From an uncultured Candidatus Saccharibacteria bacterium (GTDB lineage: Bacteria > Patescibacteriota > Doudnabacteria > UBA920), in the NCBI GenBank assembly GCA_964532425.1, contig CAZHIA010000005.1, positions 66,772 through 130,771 of the forward strand: a stretch of 64,000 nt of DNA. The letters are read 5' to 3'. The notes beneath the pieces were generated by a model that saw only the letters and a program-made list of their open reading frames with translations, did no database searches and was not told the origin of the DNA. The position numbers and the translations under genes are program-made. Below, piece after piece: positions 18,065 through 26,932 of the stretch (the stretch's first letter is position 1; each line of letters starts with the position of its first letter).

Positions 18065-18092
18065 AACCCCTTGATGTTACATCAAGGGGTTT
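18064..18092. terminator. rho-independent terminator after the PBP gene
   Basis: aaaaccccttgatg-ttac-atcaaggggttt. Confidence 0.6.
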
Positions 18093-18108
18093 ATACTACT
18101 ACTCATTG

Positions 18109-18336
18109 TTACGTAATTTGAAGTTGCTGTTTAACTTTTTCCAGGTCGTTTTCTATTCTTCTTACCCATTCAATCGTAAATATCCGTTCCTGGTCAAGCC
18201 GCTTTAAGATAGCCATCGTTTCATCCTGATGTTTCAGATACTCCTCGCGAGTAATGAATCGTCCCATTTTTTCATCCAGACGGCCCATCTGTTCCTTAAT
18301 CTCGATAATGTGTTGAATTATTTTATCTTCGTTCAT
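18109..18336 (-). CDS. small coiled-coil hypothetical protein
   Basis: ATG at 18336 gives MNEDKIIQHIIEIKEQMGRLDEK.... The track start at 18387 is a TTG. No SD found. Confidence 0.35.
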   Translation of the reverse strand: MNEDKIIQHIIEIKEQMGRLDEKMGRFITREEYLKHQDETMAILKRLDQERIFTIEWVRRIENDLEKVKQQLQIT

Positions 18337-18451
18337 ATGCGTATATTTAGCTACCTCAATACTAGACGAAATAGGCAGGTGAGTCAAACAAAGGAATAAT
18401 ATTTATCTCGATAATTCCCATTAAAGAGATCCCCACCCCGCCTCACTATTG

Positions 18452-18478
18452 AAAAAAGCACCACCTAAAGGTGCTGCA
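18452..18478 (-). terminator. rho-independent terminator downstream of the tRNA cluster
   Basis: Minus-strand hairpin agcacc-tttagg-ggtgct followed by tttttt. Confidence 0.55.
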
Positions 18479-18486
18479 TTTTTCAA

Positions 18487-18563
18487 TGGCGGGGACGGCG
18501 GGGCTCGAACCCGTAACCTCTCGCGTGACAGGCGAGTGCTCTAACCAATTGAGCTACGCCCCC
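18487..18563 (-). tRNA. tRNA-Asp (GTC)
   Basis: GGGGGCGTAGCTCAATTGGTTAGAGCACTCGCCTGTCACGCGAGAGGTTACGGGTTCGAGCCCCGCCGTCCCCGCCA. Anticodon loop CTGTCAC, discriminator G73, encoded CCA. Confidence 0.9.
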
Positions 18564-18717
18564 GTATATTACGCTACTTTGGCCCTGAACCATTCCCCGC
18601 CTTCGGCAGATCAGGTACAAGGCATGAACCAGTCGCACAGCGTGCCGCCCACAAGAAACACTCACGAGCTTATGGCTGTGCCATGAACCGGAGCGAATCC
18701 GATGAGCGACTGGTTCA

Positions 18718-18794
18718 TGGTGCCGGAGAGAGGAATTGCACCTCTGACCTTGGGCTTATGAGTCCCACGCTCTAACTAACTGAGCTACTCCGGC
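18718..18794 (-). tRNA. tRNA-Met (CAT), elongator type. tRNA-Ile2 (lysidine) cannot be excluded.
   Basis: GCCGGAGTAGCTCAGTTAGTTAGAGCGTGGGACTCATAAGCCCAAGG...CTCCGGCACCA. Fully paired G1:C72. Anticodon loop CTCATAA. Confidence 0.85.
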
Positions 18795-18971
18795 CTGATT
18801 TTGCCAGTGTAGCCATTCATTTCTACGGCTGTTCAGCACAACGGTACAGCAGCCCGAATTTGCAGACTACATAAGCATTTTTTGATTTAAAAACCTGCTG
18901 GACAGCAGGAAAAGGCTGTCACGATAGGTATTTAATCAAGGCAGACTTCGATTTAAAATCAAAGGCTATCT

Positions 18972-19048
18972 TGGTTGCGGGACCCGGACTCGAACCGGGA
19001 ACCTCCAGGTTATGAGCCTGGCGAGCTGCCAAATTGCTCTATCCCGCG
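18972..19048 (-). tRNA. initiator tRNA-fMet (CAT)
   Basis: CGCGGGATAGAGCAATTTGGCAGCTCGCCAGGCTCATAACCTGGAGGTTCCCGGTTCGAGTCCGGGTCCCGCAACCA. C1xA72 mismatch. 5' and 3' ends are near-identical to E. coli tRNA-fMet. Confidence 0.9.
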
Positions 19049-19064
19049 ATAGTAGAACTCACTC

Positions 19065-19093
19065 ATTATAAAGCATATATATAAATAAAGCAA
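19065..19093 (-). promoter_or_regulatory. Candidate promoter (TTGCTT-17-TATAAT) for the tRNA cluster
   Basis: Minus-strand TATAAT is the reverse complement of attata at 19065-19070. TTGCTT is the reverse complement of 19088-19093. Confidence 0.4.
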
Positions 19094-19173
19094 GTGTTTG
19101 TTTTGATACTTAATATATAGACAAATCTACCAAACAGTGTTATTGTATGAGGTCAAATTTAAGGAGGACAGCG

Positions 19174-20268
19174 ATGAAAAAAGTACTTGTAACCGGCGGG
19201 CCGGTGCATGCGTATTTGGATGCGGTAAAGATTATTACCAATCGCTTCAAAGGCGGTCTTATCTGCGAGCTGGCGGAAAGTTTGTCCCAGATAGGGGCTG
19301 AAGTTACCTATCTCTGTGCGCCCAAAGTCGGGGCGCAGCTGCCACGAACCGATACGGGAATTAAAGTCATTACCCATAACGGGTTTTCTGACTACCACCA
19401 AAAAGTGCTCGAGCTGGCGCCCGGCATGAACAGTGTCATCTTGGGGGCTGCGGTGGCGAATCTGATTCCGGCAAACCCGTTGAAGGGCAAATTCCCAAGC
19501 CACAACTATAAACCCGGTGATCTCATTCCGATCGACTTCACGATCGCACCCCGGGTGATCGACGACATTAAGAAAGCCGCTCCGAACACCCATCTGTTCG
19601 GGTTCAAGCTTCTGTCAGGCGTCAGCCACGAAGAACTGATTCACGCCGCCTACGATATCGTGATCGACGCACACGCCACAGCGGTATTTGCCAACGATGC
19701 GATGCACTTGCAGCAGAAATATGCGGTAACCAAAGAACGCGGCGTGCATCCGCTCCAGCAACACGAACTCGCTTCATGGATATGGGAAGCGATCAATGAC
19801 ACGTACTACGCGACGGTCCTTGCGGGTGAAACCTCGGTTACCTATGGGGACGCAGGCCGCGTAAAAGCACTGATCAACCAGTACTCCGGGCGATTTACAG
19901 CCGTAGAAAACGGCCTCATCTTCGGCACGGTTGCAATGAGGAAAGGTTTCGGGTTTCTGACTACCGGGAGAGGAAAACGGGAGCTTGCTTCCGTTGTGTA
20001 TGTGGAGCAGGTAGACCACGCTACAAAGCAGGTACGCGTAGCCGGGACCGAGAAAGCATCACTCAACGCGCCTCTTCTCGCTACATTGTTCGAAAATCCG
20101 GCGGTGGACCGGATCGTCCATTATCATGAACAGGAACCTGACCTTCCCACGTACCCCTATGCCCCTCCGGGCACGGTTCGCGATAGCCGGCGGCCGAACA
20201 TCACCTCGTTCAATATTGCTGAGCATGGTTGCATGCTGCTGTTCGACAGGCAAGGGAGAAAACTGTAA
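19174..20268 (+). CDS. CoaB-like (phosphopantothenate--cysteine ligase / DFP-fold) protein fused to a roughly 150-aa C-terminal domain of unknown function
   Basis: SD aaggagga precedes the ATG at 19174. The N-terminal roughly 210 aa align with CoaB: VLVTGGPVHAYLDAVKIITNRFKGG..., GAAVANLIP, LFGFKLLSG, VFANDA. The C-terminal part (GFLTTGRGKRELASVVYVEQ...) is unrecognised. Confidence 0.65.
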   Translation: MKKVLVTGGPVHAYLDAVKIITNRFKGGLICELAESLSQIGAEVTYLCAPKVGAQLPRTDTGIKVITHNGFSDYHQKVLELAPGMNSVILGAAVANLIPANPLKGKFPSHNYKPGDLIPIDFTIAPRVIDDIKKAAPNTHLFGFKLLSGVSHEELIHAAYDIVIDAHATAVFANDAMHLQQKYAVTKERGVHPLQQHELASWIWEAINDTYYATVLAGETSVTYGDAGRVKALINQYSGRFTAVENGLIFGTVAMRKGFGFLTTGRGKRELASVVYVEQVDHATKQVRVAGTEKASLNAPLLATLFENPAVDRIVHYHEQEPDLPTYPYAPPGTVRDSRRPNITSFNIAEHGCMLLFDRQGRKL

Positions 20269-20924
20269 TGGCGCACTATCCTGATCACGAAACATACCGC
20301 GCCCTCTATCTTCGCTACATAAACGGACGCGATGTCGGCGAACTCCTATCGCTGTTACAGCCTCTGGAAGACACCCGCGTGCTCGATTTGTGCGGGGGCG
20401 GAGGCGGCTTGACCCTCGAAGCGATCAATTTAGGGGCTGGCACAGTCATACTTGCTGACGAAGAACCAAAAATGGTGCCGCATGGGTTTCTGGAACATCC
20501 CAAAGTGCATGTATACTTTGGTCCTGTTCGTATGACACTGGCGGACCTTATGGAAAAAGGCATTCAATTCGATCGTATTGCTTGCCGGCAGGCGGTCAAC
20601 TACTGGCTTAATGAATCCACGGCTGAAATGGTAGCCGAAGTCATGACACCAGGCGGTATTTTTGCCTTCAACACGTTCAATGTAAAGCCCTCTGAAATAC
20701 CCCGCGTATTGCAGTATGAATTGGAAAACCACACCTTCGTGGAAGTCAGCTGGCTCGTGGAAGATACGGTCCACCACCTGCAGGTGCGCGATGGATTAGA
20801 AGCCCATTCGACTTCGTTCCGATGGCTGTCACCGGAACGTTTCAGGGAGTTGCTCGATCCCTACTTTGCCGTTACCGAACACCGGCACGGAAAGACAAGT
20901 CTGTATCGCTGCATCAAGAAATAA
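20268..20924 (+). CDS. class I SAM-dependent methyltransferase
   Basis: Motif I VLDLCGGGGGLT. The start ATG overlaps the upstream stop (TAATG), indicating translational coupling. MTPGGIFAFN is motif IV-like. Confidence 0.8.
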   Translation: MAHYPDHETYRALYLRYINGRDVGELLSLLQPLEDTRVLDLCGGGGGLTLEAINLGAGTVILADEEPKMVPHGFLEHPKVHVYFGPVRMTLADLMEKGIQFDRIACRQAVNYWLNESTAEMVAEVMTPGGIFAFNTFNVKPSEIPRVLQYELENHTFVEVSWLVEDTVHHLQVRDGLEAHSTSFRWLSPERFRELLDPYFAVTEHRHGKTSLYRCIKK

Positions 20925-20930
20925 GATGCC

Positions 20931-20963
20931 CAGCGCGACTCAAAAAGTTGCGCTGTTTTATTT
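20931..20963 (+). terminator. rho-independent terminator (plus strand)
   Basis: cagcgc-gactcaaaaagtt-gcgctg followed by ttttatttt. Confidence 0.6.
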
Positions 20964-20964
20964 T

Positions 20965-20995
20965 AAAAAAGTAACCGGAAATTTGTTCCGGTTAC
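20965..20995 (-). terminator. rho-independent terminator (minus strand) for the exonuclease gene
   Basis: gtaaccggaa-atttgt-tccggttac with an A-run on the plus strand, which is a T-run on the minus strand. Confidence 0.55.
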
Positions 20996-21004
20996 AATGT
21001 TCTG

Positions 21005-21643
21005 TCACCCGATGCGGCGAAAGATAAGCTCCCTGCCGATCTTGGCGAGAAAAGCTGCATCGTAGTCAGCGCCGTGCGCGATGCGGCGGTCATCGAGGAT
21101 ACCAAGCCGTTTAAGACTGCTGTCCATACACTTGTCGTATCCACGGTACAGCGAATCCAGATCAATACCACCCCATCCGTATGGCAGCGGCGACCCGGCC
21201 AAGCAATTGCAATAATAACTGATCTGGCCGGCATCAAAGAAGACCGTGTCCGTCACGCCGATAACTTCCTCATACCCCATACACTGCGTGCCGACCCACT
21301 CGATGAATTGCTCCATACCAGCTTTAGGATCTTCCCCTACATCATTCAGAAGCTCCAGAATCCTGTACGGTTCGAACTCGGGACTGGTTGGATCATACCG
21401 CGAATCCCCAGTGAGGCCGTTTTTCGCGATGCAGTGCAGTCCCAGACAGCCAATGCGCATGGCCGACTCCGTGAACTCCCGGGAAATCGGCTTGAACTCA
21501 GCGTAAAATAACCGACCTCGTCGCACCAGTTCGTCAAATGGAAATTCGTGCGGCAGAATGACACAGGCTCCAAGCGAAAGCATGCTATGGACTCCGAGCA
21601 GCGGCCCGGCCGTTTCCACATCGTTAGCTATATACAGTTTCAT
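21005..21643 (-). CDS. DEDDh-family 3'-5' exonuclease (DnaQ/RNase T-like)
   Basis: SD aggagg precedes the ATG at 21643. Exo I is MKLYIANDVETAG. Exo III is HGADYDAAFLAKI. Confidence 0.7.
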   Translation of the reverse strand: MKLYIANDVETAGPLLGVHSMLSLGACVILPHEFPFDELVRRGRLFYAEFKPISREFTESAMRIGCLGLHCIAKNGLTGDSRYDPTSPEFEPYRILELLNDVGEDPKAGMEQFIEWVGTQCMGYEEVIGVTDTVFFDAGQISYYCNCLAGSPLPYGWGGIDLDSLYRGYDKCMDSSLKRLGILDDRRIAHGADYDAAFLAKIGRELIFRRIG

Positions 21644-21724
21644 TGTTCCTCCTAAGATCAAATTAGTATAAAAAAGCGGGGTTGCCTTGTCAAACACACC
21701 TCCCCCTATGATATACTGACCCAT

Positions 21725-22756
21725 ATGAAGATCTCACGGTTGCTTAAATCAAAAAAATATATTTATCCTTTAGGAACACTGCTGCTTATCGGGTCTTTTT
21801 TGGCCGGTCTTGCCGTACAATCAAGGCGTGATAGCCTGCGATTCAAGAACGAGATAAGGACCATTAAGCCAATTAGGGAAAATAATCTCAGCTACCAATT
21901 TATTTACCCCCTTCTGGCCTATGACTTAGGCAAGATTGGCGAATATTTTCGCAATGATGCTTTGGAACTGCAACTTCGCGCATATATTAATCAACAACTG
22001 ACATCCAAAAATGCGGACCAGGTTTCGATATATGCCAAGGATTTTATTGATAATACACAGGCTGGTGTTAACGAAAACACCCGCTTTGAACCAGGGAGTT
22101 TGCTTAAGGTGGCCATTTTGATTGCATATTATAAGCAAGCGGAAACCGAGCCTGCCATACTCGACAAGAATTTTACTTACACAAAGGAGAACGAGCGAGA
22201 AATTAATAGTGTGGGACAGCCTCTTCCTTCGTCACTCAACATTGGCAGTACCTACAGTGTTCCTGAATTGCTGAAAAAAATGATTACTGAATCCGATAAT
22301 GGAGCGGAAAGTATCCTTATAAACAATGTCAGCAGGGCCGTTTTGGATCAAACATTCATTGACCTAAAAATCCCCAACCCAGATACAGCTTCAGAGCCGT
22401 ATGCCATTTCCCCCCGGGAATATGCAGCATTGTTAAGAATCTTATATAATTCAACTTACCTTACTGAAGCTAGTTCAGAAAGCGCTCTGTCAATTATGAC
22501 CCAGTCAACATACACCGCCGGAATAAGGGCATCCGTGCCTCAAAATATACCTGTTGCCCAAAAGTATGGAGAGCGGTTGTCAAAAAATAGCGATGGTAGC
22601 CAAGCAGTTGAACTTCATGATTGCGGAATCGTTTACCATCCGCATCACCCCTATGTTATTTGTATAATGACTCGCGGACGAGACCCGGAAAAATTGGCTC
22701 ATGTCATTGCAGGCGCTTCGAAAATCGTCTACACTGCGTTTGATACGCGTCCTTAA
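21725..22756 (+). CDS. class A beta-lactamase-related serine hydrolase with an N-terminal membrane anchor
   Basis: SxxK (GSLLKV) and SDN (ITESDNGA) motifs. N-terminal TM LGTLLLIGSFLAGLAV. Confidence 0.7.
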   Translation: MKISRLLKSKKYIYPLGTLLLIGSFLAGLAVQSRRDSLRFKNEIRTIKPIRENNLSYQFIYPLLAYDLGKIGEYFRNDALELQLRAYINQQLTSKNADQVSIYAKDFIDNTQAGVNENTRFEPGSLLKVAILIAYYKQAETEPAILDKNFTYTKENEREINSVGQPLPSSLNIGSTYSVPELLKKMITESDNGAESILINNVSRAVLDQTFIDLKIPNPDTASEPYAISPREYAALLRILYNSTYLTEASSESALSIMTQSTYTAGIRASVPQNIPVAQKYGERLSKNSDGSQAVELHDCGIVYHPHHPYVICIMTRGRDPEKLAHVIAGASKIVYTAFDTRP

Positions 22757-22760
22757 GGTT

Positions 22761-22824
22761 AAACAAAAACAAAACCATCCTTCATTTTGAGGATGGTTTC
22801 GTCATGTTTCGCTTGAGGCGAAAC
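22761..22824. terminator. Two adjacent hairpins (aaaccatcct...aggatggttt and gtttcgc-ttgag-gcgaaac) terminating convergent transcripts.
   Basis: The first hairpin has A-run and T-run flanks, so it is bidirectional. The second abuts the stop of the mini-ORF. Confidence 0.5.
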
Positions 22825-22895
22825 TAGATGCGCTTTTTGGAAGACTTCTTCTTAGGAGCAGCCTTCTTTTTTGCGACCTTCTTTTTGGTAGCCAT
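22824..22895 (-). CDS. 23-aa lysine-rich mini-protein MATKKKVAKKKAAPKKKSSKKRI. Candidate only, found by eye.
   Basis: ATG is preceded by the SD gggaga at 5-nt spacing. A hairpin terminator lies immediately after the TAG. It is too short for the ORF track. Confidence 0.35.
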   Translation of the reverse strand: MATKKKVAKKKAAPKKKSSKKRI

Positions 22896-23059
22896 ACTAG
22901 TCTCCCTGAAGCACTGCTAATTTTGGCAGCGCTTCTTAATTTTCTACTTTTGGGCTTTATGCCCAACTAAGTAGCAATAAAAATTCTTTCTGTGTTTTCC
23001 CCCGAGAGTTTGAGTTTCCGAAAATCTATTTTTAAATTTCTGTCATCATTTTAAGATTT

Positions 23060-23767
23060 CTAAAAAAATTTGTCAAGCGTTTCCGGGTTGTTGATAACTT
23101 GTTCGATGCAATTCAAAATTTTTTTATCAGAAATTTTTTTTAATTCCGATTCGATTCTGCCTCGAGATATTTTTTTTATCAAATGAAAATTATTTTTGAG
23201 TGCTCTCGAAGTTTCATGTTCGAAGTCAAAACCGAGCGTCATTGAGAAGCGCAAAGCCCGGATAATACGCAATGGATCTTCGTACAATCTCGTTTCCGGC
23301 TGTCCGATAAAACGCAAAAGTTTTTGTGCAAGATCATTCAACCCATTATGAAAGTCTTCAATCTGCCCGCTATTTGCCTGTAAATATAGGGCATTTACGG
23401 TAAAATCTCGCCTATCGCTGTCGTGCTGTATATCTTGAATGAACGTTACCTTGGGATACCGATTTCCATTGTAGGTTTCATTTCTGAATGTAGTGATTTC
23501 CGCTTGCAGACTCCCCTGCTGTGCAATAACAACGCCAAAATTTTTATGCTTGCTGTCAGCGAAAATACCTGCGGTTCGCAATGCTGAAGCAACCTGTTCA
23601 GGACGTGCGGCCGTTGCCAAGTCAATATCGGATACGGTATGCATGAGCAAAAGGTCGCGAACCAAGCCACCGACAAAATACGCAGAGGAAAAGTTTTCCA
23701 CAAGCAAATTGTAAACCGTTTGCCCGAAGCGTTCCAAGTCTGTCTGAGGTTGAAATTCAATTTTCAT
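23060..23767 (-). CDS. cca: tRNA nucleotidyltransferase (CCA-adding enzyme family), head domain only
   Basis: GGLVRDLLL ... DIDLAT is the class II nucleotidyltransferase signature. 235 aa from the ATG at 23767. The track start at 23782 is a GTG. Confidence 0.75.
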   Translation of the reverse strand: MKIEFQPQTDLERFGQTVYNLLVENFSSAYFVGGLVRDLLLMHTVSDIDLATAARPEQVASALRTAGIFADSKHKNFGVVIAQQGSLQAEITTFRNETYNGNRYPKVTFIQDIQHDSDRRDFTVNALYLQANSGQIEDFHNGLNDLAQKLLRFIGQPETRLYEDPLRIIRALRFSMTLGFDFEHETSRALKNNFHLIKKISRGRIESELKKISDKKILNCIEQVINNPETLDKFF

Positions 23768-23798
23768 GTTTCTATTATACACTTATCACGAATGGACA

Positions 23799-23851
23799 CA
23801 AATAGAAAACGAATGGACACAAATTTGTGTCCATTCGTTTGTCAGTATTCG
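23799..23851. promoter_or_regulatory. Direct repeat plus a perfect 30-nt palindrome (acgaatggacacaaatttgtgtccattcgt) between atpC and cca.
   Basis: It probably serves as the atpC terminator and/or an operator for cca. A TGTATAAT extended -10 lies 6 nt upstream of the cca ATG, which would make the mRNA leaderless. Confidence 0.45.
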
Positions 23852-23853
23852 TG

Positions 23854-24306
23854 TTATTCGGAGAGTACGCCTTCGCCCGTAATTGGCGTTCTGCGGTGAG
23901 CATGTTTGCGAGCTACATTGAGACGCATCAGGCTGTGTTCCAGACTGGCAGCAACCTTGGCGTACTCTTCAGCAGTTAAGGTTTCCTCTGCCATTGCCTT
24001 GCGTGCCCGCTCACGAGCAGCTTCGGCAGCATTGAGGTCTATCTCGAAATGATGTTCAGCCGCGTCTGCGAGAACAACAACTTCGCCGCCTTCGCGAATC
24101 TCGACAAAACCGCCGGCCACATAAATATAATAATCATCTTGCTCCGACTTGGCGTGAAGCTCTCCAGGGATGAGGTTCGCCACGAGCGGGATGTGACCGG
24201 GAAGAACGGTAATCTGACCCAGAGATGTCGGGCAGCTTAAACTGCTCAGCTCCTGGGAAAGTACCGTCCGCTCGGGAGTTACTAATTGGAAATGGAATGT
24301 TTTCAT
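23854..24306 (-). CDS. atpC: ATP synthase F1 epsilon subunit
   Basis: MKTFHFQLVTPERTVLSQELSSLSCPTSLGQITVLPGHIPLVANLIPGEL. Start chosen at the ATG at 24306. The track start at 24345 is a TTG lying inside a heptamer repeat block. Confidence 0.8.
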   Translation of the reverse strand: MKTFHFQLVTPERTVLSQELSSLSCPTSLGQITVLPGHIPLVANLIPGELHAKSEQDDYYIYVAGGFVEIREGGEVVVLADAAEHHFEIDLNAAEAARERARKAMAEETLTAEEYAKVAASLEHSLMRLNVARKHAHRRTPITGEGVLSE

Positions 24307-24312
24307 ATTCTG

Positions 24313-24400
24313 GACATTTAACATTTGACCATTGACCTTTGACAAATCATTGTCATTTTTGATTCTAAAATGGTCACATGTTACCTGTTAAAGGTCAAAT
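24313..24400. repeat. Heptamer (TTTGAC / TTTAAC / ATTGAC) repeat blocks in inverted arrangement in the atpD-atpC spacer.
   Basis: Left half in one orientation and right half in the other, giving a composite imperfect palindrome. Confidence 0.6.
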
Positions 24401-24401
24401 G

Positions 24402-25799
<1,398 letters not shown>

Positions 25800-25935
25800 T
25801 TATAAAATTATCCTATTAATCAAGTTAATTAATGTGATACTGATATACGGATGCATGCTGATGATACTGATGAATACGGATAAAGAAATCAGTATTATCC
25901 GTATCATCCGTACTCATTCGTAAATCAGTATCTTA

Positions 25936-26862
25936 TTATTCCAATGCTATTTTACCTGCCGTGATCTCGGCTAGTTCCGTCGTGATCTTGTTCTGGCGCA
26001 GCTGGTTGTAGGTCAAGGTGTAGTCTGCTATCAAATCCCCTGCCGCTTCAGTGGCGTTCTTCATCATGACCATGCGAGCAGAATGTTCGGAAGCATCGCT
26101 TTCCAATATGGCTTGGTAGATCTGGCTCTCGATGATCCGCGGCAACAGGTGATCCAGCACTTCAGCCGGAGTCGGCTCAAACAAATAGTCGGATTCCGCT
26201 ATCGTCTCGGCATGCTCCTGGTGCCAAAGGTCTTCATCTTCCTGCACGTCCTCATATTCCATATCCAGATGCATCGGAGAGGTGCGGACACCTTCCTGGA
26301 TGAACGGCAACAGTTGCCTCACGGTCGGTTTTTGGACAAGGGTAGAAACGAAATGGTTGTAAACCAAAACGATCTTGGCATATTCTCCGGATGCATACGC
26401 ATCGGTAATGTACTTCGCAAGCGGATAAATATCTTGCGTGGTCACGCTTCGGTCCTGCTTTTCGAAGTCAGCGACAATCTGTGCTTTGTTGATCCGGGCC
26501 TGGTCTTTGGCTTTCTTGCCATATACCACAACCTCACTGATCAGCTCATGACTACCTAACTCTTTGAGTTTGGCCGCCAAATTGACATTCAGGCTTCCGA
26601 CAAACCCGCCGTTCGTACCCATAAGGACAACACCTATTTTCTTGGAACGCGGGAATGTTTTGAGCAGCGGGTTGTTGCTGGCGATCTTCTCGGACAGGTT
26701 GAGAATCAGCTCCCAAGCGAGCGTCGAGTAGGTGCGGCTGGCTAATACGGCAGTCTGTGACTTCCGCATCTTAGCAGCCGAAACCATCTGCATCGCGCGC
26801 GTAATCTTGCGGGTGCTTTGGACGCTCTTTATTCTTCGTTTAATATCGCGTAATCCGGCCAT
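25936..26862 (-). CDS. atpG: ATP synthase F1 gamma subunit
   Basis: N-terminus MAGLRDIKRRIKSVQSTRKITRAMQMVSAAKMRKSQ. Confidence 0.9.
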   Translation of the reverse strand: MAGLRDIKRRIKSVQSTRKITRAMQMVSAAKMRKSQTAVLASRTYSTLAWELILNLSEKIASNNPLLKTFPRSKKIGVVLMGTNGGFVGSLNVNLAAKLKELGSHELISEVVVYGKKAKDQARINKAQIVADFEKQDRSVTTQDIYPLAKYITDAYASGEYAKIVLVYNHFVSTLVQKPTVRQLLPFIQEGVRTSPMHLDMEYEDVQEDEDLWHQEHAETIAESDYLFEPTPAEVLDHLLPRIIESQIYQAILESDASEHSARMVMMKNATEAAGDLIADYTLTYNQLRQNKITTELAEITAGKIALE

Positions 26863-26932
26863 AAATTAATTGGGCAAAATTAAGTAAAATTGACAAAATT
26901 GACTAAAATTTTGAACCAGCTAGTTTCGTCAA

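Noticed and set aside
18564-18717. Possible SRP RNA (4.5S) or other ncRNA in the tRNA spacer
   Set aside because: No match by eye to the conserved SRP domain IV motif. Only a long-range inverted repeat is evident, so it is kept as an unexplained structured spacer.
18718-18794. Calling the middle CAT-anticodon tRNA the initiator
   Set aside because: It has a fully paired G1:C72 acceptor end. The tRNA at 18972-19048 has the C1xA72 mismatch and E. coli fMet-like ends, so that one is the initiator.
23854-24345. Track start of atpC at 24345 (MSKVNGQMLNVQN...) and of the ATPase at 58923 (MGRRKSNVK...)
   Set aside because: Both N-terminal extensions begin at non-ATG codons and are simply translations of the TTTGAC heptamer blocks. 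Conserved N-termini (MKTFHF..., MATDDKN...) start at downstream ATGs.
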